Assembly (NCBI RefSeq): GCF_011745625.1
Contig: NW_027191453.1
Coordinates: 124,001-188,000, forward strand
DNA length: 64,000 bases
Direction: 5' to 3'
Source of the DNA: Cladosporium halotolerans
Taxonomy: Eukaryota
Each line of letters begins with the position of its first letter. Within the stretch, counting starts at the first letter, position 1. Below the pieces are notes generated by a model. That model ran no database searches and was not told the origin of the DNA. It was given only the letters and a program-made list of their open reading frames with translations. Positions 60,534-64,000 of the stretch are shown in pieces. The position numbers were made by a program, and so were the translations under genes.

Positions 60534-61820
60534 TCACCTCCCAAGCAATCGGTCAACGAGCTGCACCGCAATCCTGGCCACCAACACCGCGGCGCTAACC
60601 GGCGCAAACATTTGCAGAAACTCCAGGGGGCTCCTCGGCTTGACTTCAGTATTGATGTAAGGCGTCTTGAAAGCATCGTCGGGCCCATTCTCAATGTGCA
60701 CAGCTTCCACAGAAGCAGGGAATTTCCCGGTCTCCAGGAACTTATCCAGCAGCTCGTCTTTCTCCCGCCACCTCGCCACCATCCACTCGTACATAGCGTC
60801 CTTGTCGTCGATGGGGATGTCCTTGACAGCGAAGCGACGCCAGTGCATATTGACAGACTTCGGCGGCCGGCCTTGGAAGTACACCGAGCGGAGAGAGAAG
60901 ATGTCCTGCCCATACTCGCCGCGAGGGATCCCCTCGTAGGCGATAGTGCAGTCGTACACGTAGTCAACGGTATCCCTTGTCTCCTGCAGGCAGAACTGCA
61001 GGCCGGTCGAGCGCGGCAGGATCTGGTGCTTCAGGTCTGCGGACTCCGACTTGGCGGCGAATTTGGCAGAGGCCTTGCGCGTGTTAGCGCTGAGGTTCGT
61101 GCCTTCGGGGAAGATGAGCAGCCACATCGGGTCCAGTTGCGCCTCGCGCTGCTCGCCGGACAGCGGGCCCGCGTGCCGCGAGTTGAGCTTCTGGAGGCGG
61201 TAGCGCAGGCGTTCCTGGTCTTTTGCCCACCTGCGGGCCATGAAGACGAAGCCGTAGAGTTGCATGGCTGGGCCGATGATGGGGACCCATTTCAGGCTTT
61301 CCTTGAGGATGATGTAAATGTGGCCGTGGGTAGGGGTGGAGTTGGTGTAGGCGATCCACCACAGGTACAGCCAGTCGGTGTAGATTTGATGATTAGCTAT
61401 CAGGACCAAGCGGTCTGGAAAGTGGACGCGAAGAGAGCCGTCGGCTTCCTGGTGAAGTTGACCTGCAACGCTCTTATCTCCGCTGATTCGAACGAGCGTG
61501 GGACTCCACCACTGGGTCATCGTCGTGACGAGGAGGCCGAAATATTGTTTCGTGAGGGCCATGTACGCGTAGAAATCGTCCTTCGAGAGGAAGTACAAGG
61601 GCGTACCTAGAATCTGTGCGAAATGTATGAATAGACATGAGCCCAGGAAATAGATGGCGAATCCAACGATACGAAGGAGTTGCATGAGAGCACCGAATTG
61701 CGGTGGTCCGAGAGGATGGTCATCTTTGGTCGATTTGGGTGCACCATTGGGGAGATCTGCCTTTGAGCCTGTATCGGTTTGCTTGCGAAGGCGTGGGCCT
61801 TCCGAGCCTGTTTGTGACAT
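60534..61820 (-). CDS. 1-acylglycerophospholipid acyltransferase (AGPAT/LCLAT1, Cst26-like family)
   Basis: NHQIYTDW (NHx4D), ILKESLKWVP, FVFMARRW, IFPEGTN, LPRSTGL, VYDCTIAY. Confidence 0.92.
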   Translation of the reverse strand: MSQTGSEGPRLRKQTDTGSKADLPNGAPKSTKDDHPLGPPQFGALMQLLRIVGFAIYFLGSCLFIHFAQILGTPLYFLSKDDFYAYMALTKQYFGLLVTTMTQWWSPTLVRISGDKSVAGQLHQEADGSLRVHFPDRLVLIANHQIYTDWLYLWWIAYTNSTPTHGHIYIILKESLKWVPIIGPAMQLYGFVFMARRWAKDQERLRYRLQKLNSRHAGPLSGEQREAQLDPMWLLIFPEGTNLSANTRKASAKFAAKSESADLKHQILPRSTGLQFCLQETRDTVDYVYDCTIAYEGIPRGEYGQDIFSLRSVYFQGRPPKSVNMHWRRFAVKDIPIDDKDAMYEWMVARWREKDELLDKFLETGKFPASVEAVHIENGPDDAFKTPYINTEVKPRSPLEFLQMFAPVSAAVLVARIAVQLVDRLLGR

Positions 61821-62210
61821 GGTGCTTGGATGCGAATGTCCGGATCGCCCGGAAGCAGGGTGCTACAAGCGGCAGCGGTGTTTTCGAAGGTCTGGAGAAT
61901 TTATAGTCCTGGCGCTAGGATCACAGCATTGTTGACACGTGTGTAGATTGTCTAGTGATGTATATTCTCCGAAAGGAAAGCTTCAGTCGCTGTCGGAAAA
62001 GACGCTGCAGGCGCTGCGGTGCTGATTGCCTGACTGACTGGCCGTTGGCTGCATGACGTGAGCCAGCTCGAGCAAAGCCTTCGAGATCCGCGCGCATGAG
62101 ATCTGGCGTGTGATCAGCACCACATCAACTTTATCTCCACACTCCGTCCACACAGCGACGGCGCCCACTTCTGCGCGTGACTCTAGGTTCGAGGGCCTGA
62201 GGATGGGAGG

Positions 62211-63592
62211 ATGATTCAGGCATGGCGATGCTTGCGAAGCATACGGCCTGCTGTCGTGAAACGATGCTTCACCACCACCGCGCCGCGGCTTGAGCTGCGC
62301 AGCCTTACAGAGCTACCCGACAGAATAGGCGCTGGATTACATGGTACCTTTGTCAGCTCCATGTTCTGCACTCGAAAGATTGTTGACTTTCTCCAGAAAC
62401 GAGTAGCCACGATCTCCTCTCCCTGCGATGGCCGTCTCCTCCGAGGAATGTGCTTTTTGTTAGCAAAGACAACGACGAGCCCGTACGCGATGCTCTGATC
62501 GAATATGCCAAGCACGTCCAACAGAACTACCCGGAGGTATCTTTGATTTTCGAACACTCCGTGGCTCAGGACATCGAACGCGATCTACCATTTCCAATCT
62601 ACGTGCCGGGCAAAGGCGGTAACACAGAATTCTGCAACAAGGTGGACTTGACGACTACACTTGGTGGAGATGGCACAATACTGCACGCCGCGTCGCTCTT
62701 CGCGACTGCGAAAAGCGTACCGCCCATTCTCTCGTTCAGCATGGGTACCTTAGGGTTCTTGGGAGAATGGAAGTTTGCAGAGTACAAGCGGGCATTCAGG
62801 GAGGTCTACGTGTCTGGTGCTCCCTCCCCAGTGCCGCCAAAAAGTACAGACGAGCCCAGATACAGAGACGGAAAGGACTCCAATGCTTCTGACACCCACC
62901 CCGGCTGGTCATCTGCTCGTGGAAAATCAATGGGCTCTTCACGCAACTCGAGAGTATTGCTACGAAATCGCCTGCGTATCGGCATATTCTCGCCAACCGG
63001 TGAACGCTTGCCCCACGAGCCACCATTTGCACACTACGACCACAGGTGCGAGGACATATATGCTCTGAACGAGGTGCTTCTCCATAGAGGCGCCCTGCCG
63101 CACCTGGCTCACATCACGATTTTGATCGGCTCGCCTCCTCATCAGAAGACCTTGACTACGGCCATCGCAGATGGATTTCTCGCAAGCACACCAACTGGAA
63201 GCACGGCATATTCGCTCTCGAGCGGAGGTTCTATCGTGCATCCTTTAGTGTCCAGCTTACTTCTCACTCCCATCTGCCCTCGATCACTCTCTTTCAGACC
63301 TCTTGTGCTTCCCGCCAATACGCCTGTCACACTTCGCATCGATGAAATTAACAGAGGCAAGGAGATTGAGGTCTCCGTCGACGGCGTACGGCGCAAAGAA
63401 GGTCTCAAAGCAGGTATGGAGGTCAGAGTCGTTGGCGAGGAGGTTCGAACTGCCGGTGCACCAGGTGCAAGGGAATGGGTCGGCGGGGTGCCGTCGATCG
63501 TGCGCAGTGGAGGCGCAGCGGACGGCGAAGATCACTGGGTCGGCGGGCTGAATTCTCTGCTCAAGTTCAACTACCCTTTCGGCGAGAGCTAG
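62211..63592 (+). CDS. POS5: Mitochondrial NADH kinase Pos5
   Basis: Basic presequence, intron 62344-62396. Motifs LGGDGTIL, FSMGTLGFL, ALNEV, ADGFLASTPTGSTAYSLSSGG, TPICPRSLSFRP. Confidence 0.9.
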
Positions 63593-64000
63593 ACATATAA
63601 GCGACTACAATCTATAGAGGGCGCGTATGCAACCCTTTTCTTGGAATCACAGGCATAATGCACGCTATGACAGCAGCGAGTGCGTGCGATGCGCGAAGTG
63701 GGTGTTGTCATGCTGCAAAATCGCGTATTCACCGTCCACTTTGTCTCATTTGTTGGCGAGTCACGCTGTTGTGATGGCGTCCGAGCGCTGCCTTCTCGCG
63801 CCATCAGGAGAAGTACACAGTGCACGGTCCGGCTCGCCGAGGCAGAGACGAGTGCTGGTCATCTCAATACTTCACCCAGCAGAAACACAGCGGCCGCGTG
63901 CGAGTCCTCAGACAAGAAGTGAGTCTTTCTTCGGAGTTCATCGCCGTTATGCGTCGGTAGCAGATTGACTGTTGTGCGGTTGTGCGGTTCTTCACCGAAC

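Noticed and set aside
60612..61610. 332-aa ORF antisense to the acyltransferase
   Set aside because: Shadow ORF with no independent evidence.
1..64000. Secondary-metabolite cluster, intact transposon, CRISPR array or prokaryotic system
   Set aside because: No PKS/NRPS/terpene synthase, transposase/RT/integrase motifs, LTR pair or repeat-spacer array seen; the sequence is intron-containing fungal DNA.

Overview
Gene-dense euchromatic window from a filamentous ascomycete. Short GT-AG introns with CTRAC-type branch points and the gene content suggest a Dothideomycete, but that placement is an inference. It holds about 27 protein-coding loci, mostly conserved housekeeping genes: a partial KxDL protein, SEC8, CTR9, a Zn2Cys6 TF divergent from a MOSC protein, a SAM+SNF2 ATRX-like ATPase (with a 10-N assembly gap), SMI1/KNR4, HEM1, LYS9, a derlin, two F-box-type genes, SMP3, SKP1, ARB1, a SAT4/HAL-family kinase, RIM1, VPS18, a lysophospholipid acyltransferase and POS5. 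Four things stand out. (1) A ~200-nt box H/ACA snoRNA is hidden in the long second intron of the derlin gene; its 5' pocket pairs with the conserved LSU rRNA sequence around yeast U966 (snR43-like). (2) There is a tandem array of three intronless, divergent non-RD NIMA/Nek-like kinases, the middle one broken by a 5-bp duplication. (3) The HEM1 promoter has repeated CSAAT elements, including an exact CBC:HapX-type bipartite site. (4) A Q/P-rich orphan ends in a CaaX box, and a separate ~1-kb patch looks RIP-degenerated. No tRNA, rRNA, CRISPR array or intact transposon was recognised. All homology calls come from motif recognition by eye, not from database searches.
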